Shown: positions 30,462 through 41,284 of the stretch, in pieces
Layout: each line of letters begins with the position of its first letter
Numbering within the stretch: position 1 is the first letter of the stretch
NCBI GenBank assembly: GCA_963827655.1
Contig: CAWHCF010000049.1
Span: forward strand, 365,824-429,823
Direction: 5' to 3'
Source of the DNA: an uncultured Acidobacteriota bacterium
GTDB lineage: Bacteria; Acidobacteriota; UBA6911
Length of the DNA: 64,000 bases
The notes under the pieces: model-generated
The model's input: only the letters and a program-made list of their open reading frames with translations
Databases searched by the model: none
Told to the model about the DNA's origin: nothing
Made by a program: the position numbers and the translations under genes

Positions 30462-30788
30462 GATTCTAATCGTGATGCGCGGGTACGATTGACAAAACGT
30501 GAAAGCGATGCCATTAATAATTCGTTTTTAGTCGCCTAAGTTGTCCTCCCTTCCTGGGGGTCAACGCGGGGGAACCAGATCCTCGAAGTAATTCGAGGCG
30601 GGGCTTATGATCGCATGTGAGTGCGACCACGGCAACTTCCAATGCCGAGCCCGTCAGCTAACCTCGCCGGCATTTGGAAGGGCGATCCTCTAGGGTTGAA
30701 TTCCCAATACCCAAGATCTCCCCAGAAAAACGGCATTGAGCGGTGGAAGCCGCTTGCATCGGGATGCGATTCCCTGGGAGAGGTGCGT

Positions 30789-32776
30789 ATGTCTGGCGGA
30801 GCAACAATACTTTTGACAGTCGTGTTCGCAGGGTTAGCGCTTTTTGTCGGCGCCCTGGTGGTTCTGTTTTCGATTCGCAGGATTGGTCCTACTGAGGTGG
30901 GGTTGGTCACGAAGAGATTTTCGGGAAAGAAGCTCGCCAATGACAATCCGATCGCTTTCGCTGGCGAGGCCGGCTACCAGGCCGCGTTGTTAATGCCTGG
31001 ATTGAGATGGAAACCATGGCCGTTGTACAAAGTTGAAAAGTTCACCTGGATCCAGGTGCCGGCCGGTGAAATCGGCGTGGTCATCGCGCAGGTGGGCCAG
31101 CCTTTGCCTATAGGCGCCAAATCCGCCCTGTATAAGGCCGAGTTCGGCACCTTCGCCGATCTCGAGAGCTTCATCGTTAACGGCGGGCAGAAGGGCGTGC
31201 AACGGCCCGTGCTTTCCCTGGGACGTTGGTCCCGATTCATCCCGTAGGTTTCCTTGTCATTACCAAGAGCAAGGTGTACGGGCTGCCGGTTTCGCCCGAA
31301 TTGAAGCGGAGCGCCAGGCTCACTGCGGAATCCTTCGGGCTAAAGCCGGAGCAGCTGGATCTCATGAGGATCTCGCCCCAGCCAAGAGGAGGGCAACACG
31401 GAGTGATTGACACGATCGGCATCGTCACTGTCTTTGAAGGCGACCCTTTGCCTTCCGGCGACATTGCAAGTCGTCTGGGTGGTTTCACCGATGTGGAGCA
31501 GATGGAACAATCCGGAGTCGAAGACGCTCAGATCATCGAGAGACTCCTGGGAAACAAGAACCACCTGCACAATAACTACCAGGATTTTCAGGCGTTCCTG
31601 GACAATGGCGGAAAGATCGGTCTGCAGCATGATCCGCTGATGTACGGCGCCTACGCCTTGAATCCGTTTCTGGTGAGCGTTGAACTTGTCCCAATGCTGG
31701 TTGTGAAGCAAGGAGAGGTGGCGGTGATCAAAGCTTATGTCGGCCTGGTTACCCAGGATACATCTGGCGCTGAATTCAAATTCGGCTCACTGGTAAGGCC
31801 GGGTCATCGAGGGATATGGCAAGAGGCGCTGCGGACCGGCAAATACCCGATCAATCCGCGCTGCTACGAAGCAGAAATCGTTCCGACGGCGATCTTGACC
31901 CTCAATTGGGCAGACGCCGTTTCCCAGGCCCACAACCTGGATGCCCAGCTGAAGCAGATCCGGGCCAAGAGCGGCGAGGGCTTTGTGTTCGATATCGACC
32001 TCCAGGTGCAAATCCATGTTCCGGATACCAAGGCCCCTAGAGTCATCACCATGGTTGGTACCATGAGGAATCTTGTCAATGAGGTTTTGCAGGCGGCAGT
32101 GGGAAACCATTTCAGAGACAAGCTCCAGAGCATGCCCGCGATCAAGTTCATCGAGATGCGGCAGCAAGTCCAGGTGGATGCCTTCAACCACATCAAAACG
32201 GAGCTGGAGCAATATCAGGTCGAGACGCGCGGCGTCTACATTCAGGATGTCATTCTGCCTCAGGATCTGGTCAAGGTTCTGACCGAACGCGAGATCGCGA
32301 ATCAGGAGATCCAGACCTTCAGGAGGCAGAAGGAGGCTCAGGACCAGAGAATCGACATGGAGCGCGCCACCGGGATCGCAGACATGCAGGCTCAATTAGC
32401 CAAGTCGACGGTCGGCGTCGAGATCGAAAAGAATAATGCCAACGCAAGAAAAGCGCAGGCCGATGGCGAGTCGGCGTATATTCGTGAAACCGGCGCCGCC
32501 AAAGGGGCCGAGGTTGAGGCTATCGGACTGGCCCGCGCCAAGGGTTACGAGTCCCAGGTGAAGGCTCTGGGCCCTGGCTCGACGACGATTGTAAACGCCC
32601 TGAATGCCCTGGCCGAGAGCAGGGTCCGGTTCGTTCCCGATGTCCTGGTTTCGGGGGGCAGCAGCGTGACGGCTATTGACGCGCTCGCCGGTGTCCTCAC
32701 GAAATACGTCAATGGGCATAACGGGCAGACTGTACCTGGCAACTCGTCCGATTGCGGAAAAAGCATCGCGACTTAG
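30789..32776 (+). pseudogene. Flotillin-like SPFH/band-7 membrane protein, one frameshift near 31222 (pseudogene or indel error)
   Basis: SD gggagagg + ATG at 30789; TM helix ILLTVVFAGLALFVGALVVLF. 30789-31247 ends …GGQKGVQRPVLSLGR, then 31226-32776 continues VPIHPVGFLVITKSKVYGLP… with the long coiled-coil/EA-rich flotillin tail. Confidence 0.7.
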
Positions 32777-32801
32777 GCGGCGAGTGCGGCCCAGGATTCC
32801 C

Positions 32802-32872
32802 GGTGTTTCCTCATGGCTTCGCGTCTTAGTGGTTCGAGCTGCAGAGCAAAGACCACAAGACGCGAAGAACAA
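32802..32872. repeat. REP-like extragenic inverted repeat pair
   Basis: ggtgtttcc…ttcgcgtcttagtggtt … caaagaccacaagacgcgaagaacaag, between the flotillin and TonB-receptor 3' ends. Confidence 0.55.
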
Positions 32873-32882
32873 GTTTCAGTGG

Positions 32883-35800
32883 TTAGAAGCTCAGCCGGAA
32901 ACCAATCTGAATTCTTCGAGGATCGAACGCGGAGGTGTACCCCAGCGCGACGCTCGGGCCCACGTCCTTTCTGGCCTTGACCCTGTACGGCGGGGCGAAG
33001 CTTGGGCCCACGGTGTTGTTTACGCTGGCGAAGTTCAGGCGATTGAAAAGATTGAAGGCCTCGAAGATTAACTCCAGATTTCGACTCTCTGACCCAAGAC
33101 CGATCCGGCGACCCAGGCGCAAGTCGAGTGTCCAGAAATTCGGGCCTATGCCGGTATTGCGCCCGGCAAAGACAGGACGGTCGGTGGTTGAATGGCGATC
33201 GCCGTTGAGCTCGCCTCCGACCAGCAGATTGAAGGGCCGCGTGCTGTTGGCGCGGAAGATCGGAGTCAGGACAAAGTCTGCGAGGACATTTGAGAGCGCC
33301 GAGTTGCCGGATCCCGACCGATACGGACTCTGAAGAAAGGCATAAATGACGAACTTGTGCCTCTGGTCGAACGCGGAAAGGGCGCGCTCGAGCCGCACGT
33401 TAGTCTGGTCATTAGGCTGGAAATCGCTGTTGTAGTCGGTCACTTCATCAATAGCCTTGCTGAAAGTGTAGCTTCCCGACAGGCTGACATTACCGTGGAA
33501 GCGTTTGCTGATCTCCACGATCATGCCGTGGTAAAAAGCCCTGGCCGAAGATTCGTAGACATTCTCCTGAAACAGCAGCGGGTCTCGAAAGCAAGCGGTG
33601 ATCCCGGCACCCGCGCACCCGGATGCAGCCGTCCAGTCCGAGAATTCCAAGGGGCCCTACCGGGCGTGGAAGGACGTTGATATCCCGGGCGCGCGTAATC
33701 TTGAGGGTACTGCGCGAAGATGTAGTTAGCCGCCGTGCTGAAGCCCGACGCGAACTCGTGTTCGATACCAAGGCTGGCCTGTTGCGAATACGCGTTCCGA
33801 TAGTTCGGGTCGGGCCGGAAGAGCACGGTAAGCGGCGGCCGGGGTCCGGTCTGCGAGACGATGATCCCGAACTGAGCAAGGTCTGCAGGTGTGATCGTCC
33901 GGGTGGTTTGCGGGACGCCAATCACCCCCTGGGCCCGCAGCGTCTGGAATATATTGATGGGGCCGTTCACTGCCAGGGGATTTGCGGCATTGAGCGTGGT
34001 CAAGACCTGCGCAATCTGACGGAAGCCGTCGATTTCGTTCAGGGCATCCACTACATAGTCGATCTGATAGTAGATGGGAGAGTAAAAGATGCCGTAACCG
34101 CCGCGGATAACCGTTCGCTTGTTGTTCCACGGGTCCCACGCGAATCCGAACCGGGGTGCGAAGTTGTTCTTATCTGTGGGAAGCGGGTCGCGGCGATCGT
34201 CCAGTTCGTAACGCAGGCCGTAGTTGAGCGTCAGGTTGGAGCGCAAGTTCCAGCTGTCCTGTGCGTAAAAGGCGACGAAAGGGTCGGTGCTTGCAATCGT
34301 CGGGTCACCGAATCCGGTCTGGTAGGACTGGGGCAGGCCGAGATCGAATGCCTGGAGAGCAGTGATGGGGGCGGCCCCGAGAGCCGGGCTGACGAGAGCG
34401 CCCGGCAGGGTCCCGAATCCGAATCGGCCGCCGAAGAATGTGTGGGACTCGAATTCTCCCCCGCGGATAAGGACGACGGCACCCAATTTAAATCGATGCT
34501 TCCCGCGCGAAAGGATCAGGTTGTCTGCTGCTTCGTACCGTCGCTCGGTATTGAAGGATGGCAGAAAAATATCCCGGTTGAAGAAACCGAAGCCGGTAAT
34601 GTTGAACTCCGGGCCGTTGGGCTCGTTCGGCCGCACATTGTACTTCCGGTAATTCCATTGAAAACGCGCTTCGTTCACCAGGCTCGGACTGAAGATACGG
34701 GTCCAGCCCGCGACCGCGTTACTGTCGAGCCCATGAACGTTGTTCGACCGCGAAAAGCCCAGCAGCGCCCGCGTGCTCTGGTTCCCCTCGTCGGTGTTGG
34801 AGTAGTTGTAGCGCAGGAACAGCTGGTCACTGGTGCTGGCGCTGTGGTCGATTCGCACCGAGAAGGCTTTCGAGTTTGTGGTGAAAGGAAAAACGCCGCT
34901 GTTGGCCCGGAACAGGTCGACGGTGCTTTGCTTGCTGGTCAAAGCCCCGCGTAACACTGTCGCGCAGACCGCGGGTGGCAGCATCGCAGCAGCCGGCACC
35001 GCCGGCAGGCACGCGATCGGAGCGGTGCTGGTATTGGAAGCCAGGGCACTCAGGATTGCGGTTTGAGCCGTCGTGGGCTGAAAGATCGGAAAGGTCGGTC
35101 AGAACCGGCACGGCCGATGATTCGTCGCGATTGAGTCCCTCGAAACCTCCAAAGAAAAAAGTTCGATCCTTCCGCACGGGGAAGCTCAGGGTCCCGCCGT
35201 ACTGCTGCCGTTGGGAAGGTGGCTTGATGCGCTGCGGCGTGGTTCCGACCAGCTCGATGGCAAAGGGATCCCCCGCATCCAGCTTGTCGTGGCGGAAGAA
35301 ACCAAAGGCGCGGCCGTGAAAGTTATTGCTGCCTGACTTGGAGACGATATTGATCACGCCACCACTGGCCCCGCCAAATTCTGCCGCGTAGTTGCTCCGG
35401 TTTATCTGGAACTCCTGCACCGCCTCCTGGCTGAGCGTTGAACGCACGCCGCCGCCCGCGTCGTTTGCCTCCGCTCCGTCCACGGTTACGCTGTTTCCGC
35501 GCCCGTTGCTGCCGTAAAACGAGAGGCCGCTTTGCGCGGCTCTGCGTCACACGAAAGTCGGTATTGTCGGCCAGAGCGTTGGAATCGACCACTCCAGGCG
35601 CCAGGAGGGTAAAGCTCAGGTAGTCGCGGCGATCGATCGGAAGATTGCGAATGTAGTTTTCTTCGATCGTGTTGGATTGTGTGGCGCGCTCGGTCTCAAT
35701 TGCCGGTGGTTCCCCTGAGACGGTGATGGTCTGGGCCGATGTGCCGACCTGAAGGCGAAAGTCGATGGCAAGAGTCTGGCCCACGGTGACGTGAGCGCTG

Positions 35801-36076
35801 CGTACTTGAGCGGCAAAGCCGCTCAACTCGACTCGGACTTCGTAAGCGCCGGGAGGGAGGAGGAGGATGCGGTATTCGCCCCGTTCATCTGTGATAGCGG
35901 TACGCGAGAAACCCGTATCGGTGTTTGTAACCGTGACGGTTGCTCCGGGCACGACCGCCGCCCGAAGCATCGGTGGTGGTTCCCTTGATTTCTCCTGAGG
36001 AGGCGTTGGACTGTGGCAGCGCATGCAGGCAACAGAAGAGAACGGCGACGAATGCGAGCAAGATTGTCTTCCACAT
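32883..36076 (-). pseudogene. TonB-dependent receptor (CarboxypepD_reg-like N-domain + plug + 22-strand barrel, ~1060 aa) broken by ~4 frameshifts
   Basis: Five minus-strand pieces. Signal peptide MWKTILLAFVAVLFCCLHALPQSNASSGEIKGTTTDASGG (ATG 36076, SD aaggag). 35323-36024: GATVTVTNTDTGFSRTAITDERGEYRI…. 34827-35483: VDGAEANDAGGGVRS…FFFGGFEG. 33521-34999: barrel. 32883-33650: C-terminus ending …RRIQIGFRLSF*. Confidence 0.75.
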
Positions 36077-36295
36077 ATTTTTCTCCTTGGAGGGGAAGGG
36101 TGTATGCATCCCGTTTACAAGCAGGCCCTTTAATGTCCTCATTCTCCCCTAAATAGCCGCGTCCAGCAAGTGTCTCCAGATTCCTGGTGCTTCCTCCTGT
36201 CTTCGCGGCCTGGCGGTATTTGTGTCGACGACTCTAATAAACGCATACGTAGAACACTCTTGTTCCGGAATATACTATGGGCGCGCTCGACAACT

Positions 36296-37513
36296 ATGCC
36301 CGATCCTTCTCTCATTCACCGGCAGTCGTTCTTCGGCTTTGCCTCGCTGCGGCTGCTGGGAGCTTCTTCTGCAGCGGCCTCGAACCTGAAAATCGAGGGG
36401 ATGGAAGTCTTCGTGGTCGATGTCAGTCCCAAAGGCAACTGGATTTTCGTTCGCCTCAAGACGAACCGGCATCTGACCGGATTGGGGGAGGCTTCGCACG
36501 GGTTTGGCGCCAGCCACACACATGCTGCCGACGCCGAGCGCATGACAGGCGCGCTCAAAGAGTTTTTTGAGCTGATTCGAGAGCAGAGTCCATTCGAACT
36601 TGAAGAGTATCGGCGTCGCGCCAGGACCCGGGCGAAATCCGGCGGCCTCATGCTGGCGACGGCATTCAGCGCACTGGAACAGGCTCAGTGGGATCTGGTG
36701 GGAAAAGCGCTGGGCGTTCCGGTGAACAGGTTGTTCGGCGGCGAGGCGCGTAGCGAGCTTCCGCTCTACGCGAACATCAACCGCGCCACGATCGAACGGT
36801 CGCCGGCAGCATTCGCCGCGAATGCCGCCAAGGCGGCGGAGCAAGGATTTCGCGCGATCAAGGCGGCGCCTTTCGACGGGTTCCCGCCCTTGACGGCTCC
36901 ACGAGAGCTGATCGCAAGAGCTGTGGACGACGGCATCGCGAGCGTCGCCGCGATGCGCCGGGCTATCGGTCCGGAGGTGGATTTGATGATCGACTGTCAC
37001 AGCAAGTTCGACGTCGACCTATCGATCGAGATCGCGCGCCGTCTGGCGCCGCATGATCTTGCGTGGTATGAGGAGCCGGTAGCTCCGGAACAGACCGAGG
37101 AGACAAAGATCATCCGTTCATCGATCAAACAGCGCATGGCAGGCGGCGAACTACTCTTCGGCGTCGAGGGATTCGCTCCATTGTGTCGCGATCATGGATT
37201 GGACGTCATCATGCCTGACGTCAAGCATTGCGGGGGAATCCTGGAAGGACAGGAGATTGCCGCGCTGGCCCAACTCGAGAATCTCGAGGTTTCACCCCAC
37301 AACCCGAGCGGTCCCGTGGCCACTGCGGCCAGCGTCCAGTGGTGCGCAGGGATGCCAAACTTCACTCTTCTCGAGTACCAGTGGAATGAGGTTCCGTGGC
37401 GCAGTGACCTCATCACGCCTCCCGAGCGCTTCCACCACGGCCGCATTCGCGTGCCCGCCGAACCGGGGTTCGGCATCGAGTTGAACGATAGGGTAGTGCA
37501 GGCGCATAGCTGA
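36296..37513 (+). CDS. Enolase-superfamily enzyme (mandelate racemase/muconate lactonizing enzyme family; sugar-acid dehydratase-like) with signal-like N-terminus
   Basis: Start at MPDPSLIHRQSFFGFASLRLLGASSAAA. MR/MLE N-domain (KIEGMEVFVVDVSPKGNWIFVRLKTNRHLTGLGEA) and barrel residues (…DCHSKFD…AWYEEPV…). Confidence 0.8.
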   Translation: MPDPSLIHRQSFFGFASLRLLGASSAAASNLKIEGMEVFVVDVSPKGNWIFVRLKTNRHLTGLGEASHGFGASHTHAADAERMTGALKEFFELIREQSPFELEEYRRRARTRAKSGGLMLATAFSALEQAQWDLVGKALGVPVNRLFGGEARSELPLYANINRATIERSPAAFAANAAKAAEQGFRAIKAAPFDGFPPLTAPRELIARAVDDGIASVAAMRRAIGPEVDLMIDCHSKFDVDLSIEIARRLAPHDLAWYEEPVAPEQTEETKIIRSSIKQRMAGGELLFGVEGFAPLCRDHGLDVIMPDVKHCGGILEGQEIAALAQLENLEVSPHNPSGPVATAASVQWCAGMPNFTLLEYQWNEVPWRSDLITPPERFHHGRIRVPAEPGFGIELNDRVVQAHS

Positions 37514-37882
37514 AGCCTTTCAACTGCATCACGAACACGCTTGCGGATACGAATCGTGTCATCGTCGTCGGCGTGCGATTTAACTTTTGAAATTCCCATC
37601 ACGACGTGAAGAAACCCCAGGAATAGCACCTCAAAACTTCTCTTTTCCCATGAATTAGTGAAACGAAACCGGGTGGTCGATCATAGAAGTATGTGGATAC
37701 CGTGGGATTTGCCAATGGGAACGTTCTCTTTGAGCGGAAAGTAATTTGAACCGAATACGCGGTTTCGACGTCGATTGCAATTGAACTTCCCCTGATTTCG
37801 ATGGCGGGTTTTTGCTGCGTTTCTCGCTTAATAATATGCGGTGAGGTTTTCTTTGGAGATCTGCTTCTTGAAAGGTACGACC

Positions 37883-39097
37883 ATGCGGTCGAGGGTTTTA
37901 ATACCGGCTTTTTGTTTAATATTGTTGGTGGTTTCGGGCGCAAGTGCTCAGACTTCAGATGATTTCTTCAGCCCTAATGAACTACATGAGATTCGCCTCT
38001 ACATCCATCCGGTCGATTGGGCTAAGCTGCGCGCAAATTACCTGGACAACACCTACTACGACTGCACCTTTGTGTGGCGCTCCGGGCAGTACGAAGTCGC
38101 CTCCGAGTACATCCAGGTTCGCTCGCGCGGTCTGGGGAGCCGCAGCCCAGACAAACCAGGTCTTCGACTGGATTTCGACCCTTTCAGCGATAGACCCCAG
38201 AGGTTCTTGGGACTCAAGTCTTGCGTCCTGGACAACCTGGTCCAGGACCCTTCCATGCTCAGAGAACGGTTGAGCATGCAACTCTTTGAACGGCTGGGAC
38301 TACCCATCTCCCGCGAAGCCAATGCCCGCCTCTACGTCAACGATCAGTACCTTGGGCTTTACACAATTGTGGAATCCGTGGATAAGGATTTCCTCAAACG
38401 CAACTTCGGCGAAAATGACGGTTATCTTTACGAGTACCAGTGGGTGTATCCCTACTACTTCACCTGGCTGGGCGACGATCTCTCGCGTTATCAAGAGCTG
38501 TTCGACCCCAAGACCCATGAAAAGGATTCCAAGGCGGCGCTCTACGGTCCGATCGAAGCCATGATTCGCGCCATAAATCAGTCCGGCCAGGAAAACCTCG
38601 AGAACTCCATGGCCGGATACCTCGATCTGAGGATGTTCGTAACCCTTGCCGCCGTCGAGAGCTTCCTCGCGGAGGCCGATGGCATCCTGGGCTATGCCGG
38701 GATGAACAACTTTTATTTGTACCGTTTTGAAGGCAAGGATCTGTTCCAGTTCATTCCCTGGGATATGGACAACTCAATCAGGTCGATTAACAGTTCGATC
38801 TGGGACCGGGTCAACGAAAATGAGTTAATGCGCCAGGCGCTGGAGATTCCCGAACTGCGCAGCCTGTTCCTGGAAACATTGTTGACCTGCGCGGATGTGG
38901 CAGGCGGACCCGAGGGATGGCTCGAAGGCGAAATCGAGCGCGAGTACCAGCAGATCCGCGACGCCGCACTCGCCGACCCCCACAAGCCCTATTCGAACGA
39001 CGACTTCGAGAATGAGGTGAATTTCCTGAGGCAGTTTGCCCGCGAGCGCAGCGCAAACGTCTGGAGCGAAGTTGTGGCGAACCTTCCACAACCCTAG
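37883..39097 (+). CDS. CotH-kinase-family secreted protein
   Basis: Signal peptide MRSRVLIPAFCLILLVVSGASA. CotH-like conservation (…NNFYLYRFEGKDLFQFIPWDMDNS…). Confidence 0.75.
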   Translation: MRSRVLIPAFCLILLVVSGASAQTSDDFFSPNELHEIRLYIHPVDWAKLRANYLDNTYYDCTFVWRSGQYEVASEYIQVRSRGLGSRSPDKPGLRLDFDPFSDRPQRFLGLKSCVLDNLVQDPSMLRERLSMQLFERLGLPISREANARLYVNDQYLGLYTIVESVDKDFLKRNFGENDGYLYEYQWVYPYYFTWLGDDLSRYQELFDPKTHEKDSKAALYGPIEAMIRAINQSGQENLENSMAGYLDLRMFVTLAAVESFLAEADGILGYAGMNNFYLYRFEGKDLFQFIPWDMDNSIRSINSSIWDRVNENELMRQALEIPELRSLFLETLLTCADVAGGPEGWLEGEIEREYQQIRDAALADPHKPYSNDDFENEVNFLRQFARERSANVWSEVVANLPQP

Positions 39098-39128
39098 CTT
39101 TTCTTCGCGTCTTAGCGGTGACTTCGAA
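39096..39128. repeat. REP-like extragenic repeat (ttcttcgcgtcttagcggtgacttcg)
   Basis: Immediately 3' of the CotH gene; same family as 10682-10740. Confidence 0.45.
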
Positions 39129-39931
39129 TGAGTTCGAGATCAGCCATATCGGGGCGGTACGTGTATTCAAGGAGGCGGCTGCGCGATGTGCTGCACAGGC
39201 AGGAAACGCGGCGGGGCCTGCTGATTGCCTTCGAGGGACCGGATGGCGCGGGCAAGACGACCCAGCGAAAACTTTTCAAAGAGTGGCTGAAGAGCGAGGG
39301 TCACGAGGTCGTTACAACCAAGTGGAAATCGTCGCCTGTGATCAAGCCACTTCTCACGGCGCGGAAGGCTGCGCGCGCTCTCAATCCCGAAGAGTTCTGC
39401 TTGCTTCACGCCGCCGACTTTCGGCACCGGCTGGAAAACGTGATTCTGCCGGCGTTGTGGCAAGGGAAGATGGTGGTGGCGGACCGGTACTTGTTCACAG
39501 GTCTGGCGCGCGACGGGGCGCGGGGTTTGACACTGGACTGGATGATGTCTGTCTATGGTCCGTTGCTGTGGCCGGACGTGGTCTTCTACTTCTCGGTCTC
39601 TCCGGAGACCTCGGGCCGCCGCGTCACCGCGAGTCGCACACCAAAGTTCTACGAGGCAGGCCAGGACATCACCGATATCGAGGATCCGCTCGAAAGCTTC
39701 AGGCAGTTTACCGGACGTGTGATTGAAGAATACGAAGCGCTGGCGCTGATCTTCCGATTCGTTAAGGTGGACGCCGAGCAGTCGATTCATGAACAGCATC
39801 GATTGATTCGTCAAGTATTCCAGGAGGGGCAGCGGCGTCCCTGGGCCGAATGGAATGTGGATGCGGTGCTGGACTGGCTGGCGAGTAAACCCGTGATGGA
39901 CCTTGGAATGGAGATCCCAATTGGGGCGTGA
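39128..39931 (+). CDS. Thymidylate-kinase-family P-loop kinase (alternative GTG start at 39188 is more likely)
   Basis: P-loop LIAFEGPDGAGKTTQ and DRY motif VVADRYLFTGLA. The ~20-aa N-terminal extension has no counterpart in the family. Confidence 0.75.
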   Translation: MSSRSAISGRYVYSRRRLRDVLHRQETRRGLLIAFEGPDGAGKTTQRKLFKEWLKSEGHEVVTTKWKSSPVIKPLLTARKAARALNPEEFCLLHAADFRHRLENVILPALWQGKMVVADRYLFTGLARDGARGLTLDWMMSVYGPLLWPDVVFYFSVSPETSGRRVTASRTPKFYEAGQDITDIEDPLESFRQFTGRVIEEYEALALIFRFVKVDAEQSIHEQHRLIRQVFQEGQRRPWAEWNVDAVLDWLASKPVMDLGMEIPIGA

Positions 39932-40553
39932 CTCTATACCAAAAGGGCAACTGATTGCCGTTGAAGGCGGGCAGGGGCGCTACGTTGGCGCTGCGGCCCG
40001 GTTCTTGCTGCGCTATTCAAAAGTAGAAGCGGGAATCAGCGCATGGGATGCCTCCAGCATCTTCTATGAAATGCGATGCGGCAATCCCGGCGATTCCGGT
40101 CTGTCGCCAAGGGTGCTGGTACTGCTTTATGCTGCGGATCTGGCGTTCAGACTTCGATGGGACATTCGCCCCGCGCTCGAGGAAGGGCGCTGCGTGATCG
40201 CGGCGCCTTACGTCGAAACCGCCATCGCTTTCGGCCGGGCCGCCGGCCTGCCGCATCGCTGGCTGGTTCAGTTGTTCCGATTCGCGATCAAACCTCACGC
40301 CTGCTACCGCATCGGTGGACGGTCTGAATCACCGCTGGACGAACCCGCCGCCGGTTATCTGGAGTTTTGCTGCTCGACGCTGAGCGCTGGCTCTCCCTCT
40401 TGGAATTCGGCAGAACTACTCCGGAGATTTGGAAACTACCTTGACCGACTGGAGCGGCGAAGCGCGCGCACGACGATGGTCGTGCAGCCGTTGCCTCCGG
40501 CGGATCGATCACCCGGTTTTGCCCGCCACGATCTTCGCAGCACTGCCCGATAA
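39903..40553 (+). CDS. Degenerate thymidylate-kinase-like paralog (pseudokinase-like), overlapping the upstream gene by 29 nt
   Basis: Same fold signatures as the upstream gene (LIAVEGGQGRYVG in place of the P-loop; LLYAADLAFRL vs LLHAADFRHRL; APY replaces DRY). Confidence 0.55.
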   Translation: MEWRSQLGRDSIPKGQLIAVEGGQGRYVGAAARFLLRYSKVEAGISAWDASSIFYEMRCGNPGDSGLSPRVLVLLYAADLAFRLRWDIRPALEEGRCVIAAPYVETAIAFGRAAGLPHRWLVQLFRFAIKPHACYRIGGRSESPLDEPAAGYLEFCCSTLSAGSPSWNSAELLRRFGNYLDRLERRSARTTMVVQPLPPADRSPGFARHDLRSTAR

Positions 40554-40588
40554 AAATTCTTCCGCCTTCCCCTTCAGCCTGCTCCGAA

Positions 40589-40633
40589 CCTTAGTCGGCT
40601 GGTGTTTCTTCGTGTCTTTGTGTCTTTGTGGTT
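40589..40633. repeat. REP-like extragenic repeat (ggtgtttcttcgtgtctttgtgtctttgtggtt)
   Basis: Reverse-orientation copy of the AACCACAAAGACACAAAGACACGAAGAAACACC family. Confidence 0.55.
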
Positions 40634-40825
40634 ACTTTCCCCTCAGCACTTTTTACTTTTCACTCTCCACAGGAGTTCTGCCAAATTTCCTTGTCCGGAA
40701 TGAGCGGCGATAATAAGATCGACGCACCGGGAACGTCGAGATGCACTAACGCCTGCGCATGTTAGCATTCGCAAAAAGGGGGTGGGGGATGAAGCTTGTC
40801 TGCATATTATGCTCCGCCTGGGTGA

Positions 40826-40984
40826 GCCTGGCCGCAGTCGCGGCATCTGGACGAAAGCGGCGATCTCAAGATGACCACTGATTTCCGGCGCGTTTACGCG
40901 ACGATGCTGGACGAATGGATGGGATGCAAAGATATCCGCTCGCTCTTGCGCGGCGACTATTCCGCCCTGGGAGTTTTCAGCTAA
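40826..40984 (+). pseudogene. 3'-terminal remnant (~50 codons) of a DUF1501-family gene
   Basis: Frame opens after TGA at 40823: …RHLDESGDLKMTTDFRRVYATMLDEWMGCKDIRSLLRGDYSALGVFS*. This matches the characteristic DUF1501 C-terminus (…TTDFRSVYATVLE.WLG…). No upstream coding continuation in any frame. Confidence 0.5.
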
Positions 40985-41221
40985 GGGTTCGCGCAGAAAT
41001 AAGTTCGCATTCTGCTGCAGGCCCCCAGGCCCGCTGGCGAGACGCGAGCGACGATGCGTACCCGGCGCGGTACGTGAGGAGCTAGCAACAAAGCCAGCGG
41101 GCCTGCGGGCCGCAGCCCGAAGGGGCGCGATCCTCGGCGGCTTAGCGAACAGAAACCGGTTCATGATTTGACCACCAACTCTCGCGCCAGAATGTGAAGT
41201 TATTTCTGTGCGAGCCCTAAG
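40981..41221. mobile_element. MITE-like element: 241 bp bounded by ~34-bp imperfect terminal inverted repeats, internal nested palindromes, flanked by direct 9-mer GGAGTTTTC
   Basis: Left arm ctaagggttcgcgcagaaataagttcgcattctg and right arm cagaatgtgaagttatttctgtgcgagccctaag match 29/34 as an inverted repeat. Internal palindromes: aggcccgctggc/gccagcgggcct and gtacccggcgcggtac. ggagttttc occurs at 40970-40978 and 41228-41236. Confidence 0.4.
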
Positions 41222-41284
41222 ATTCTCGGAGTTTTCGGGTCCACTCACGAAGACCTGACGCTACCCGTATCACCGGAGAGCAGG

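Noticed and set aside
40643-41248. 201-aa minus-strand ORF
   Set aside because: Runs through the MITE-like element and DUF1501 remnant. Arg/Ser/Pro-rich, no domain; spurious.
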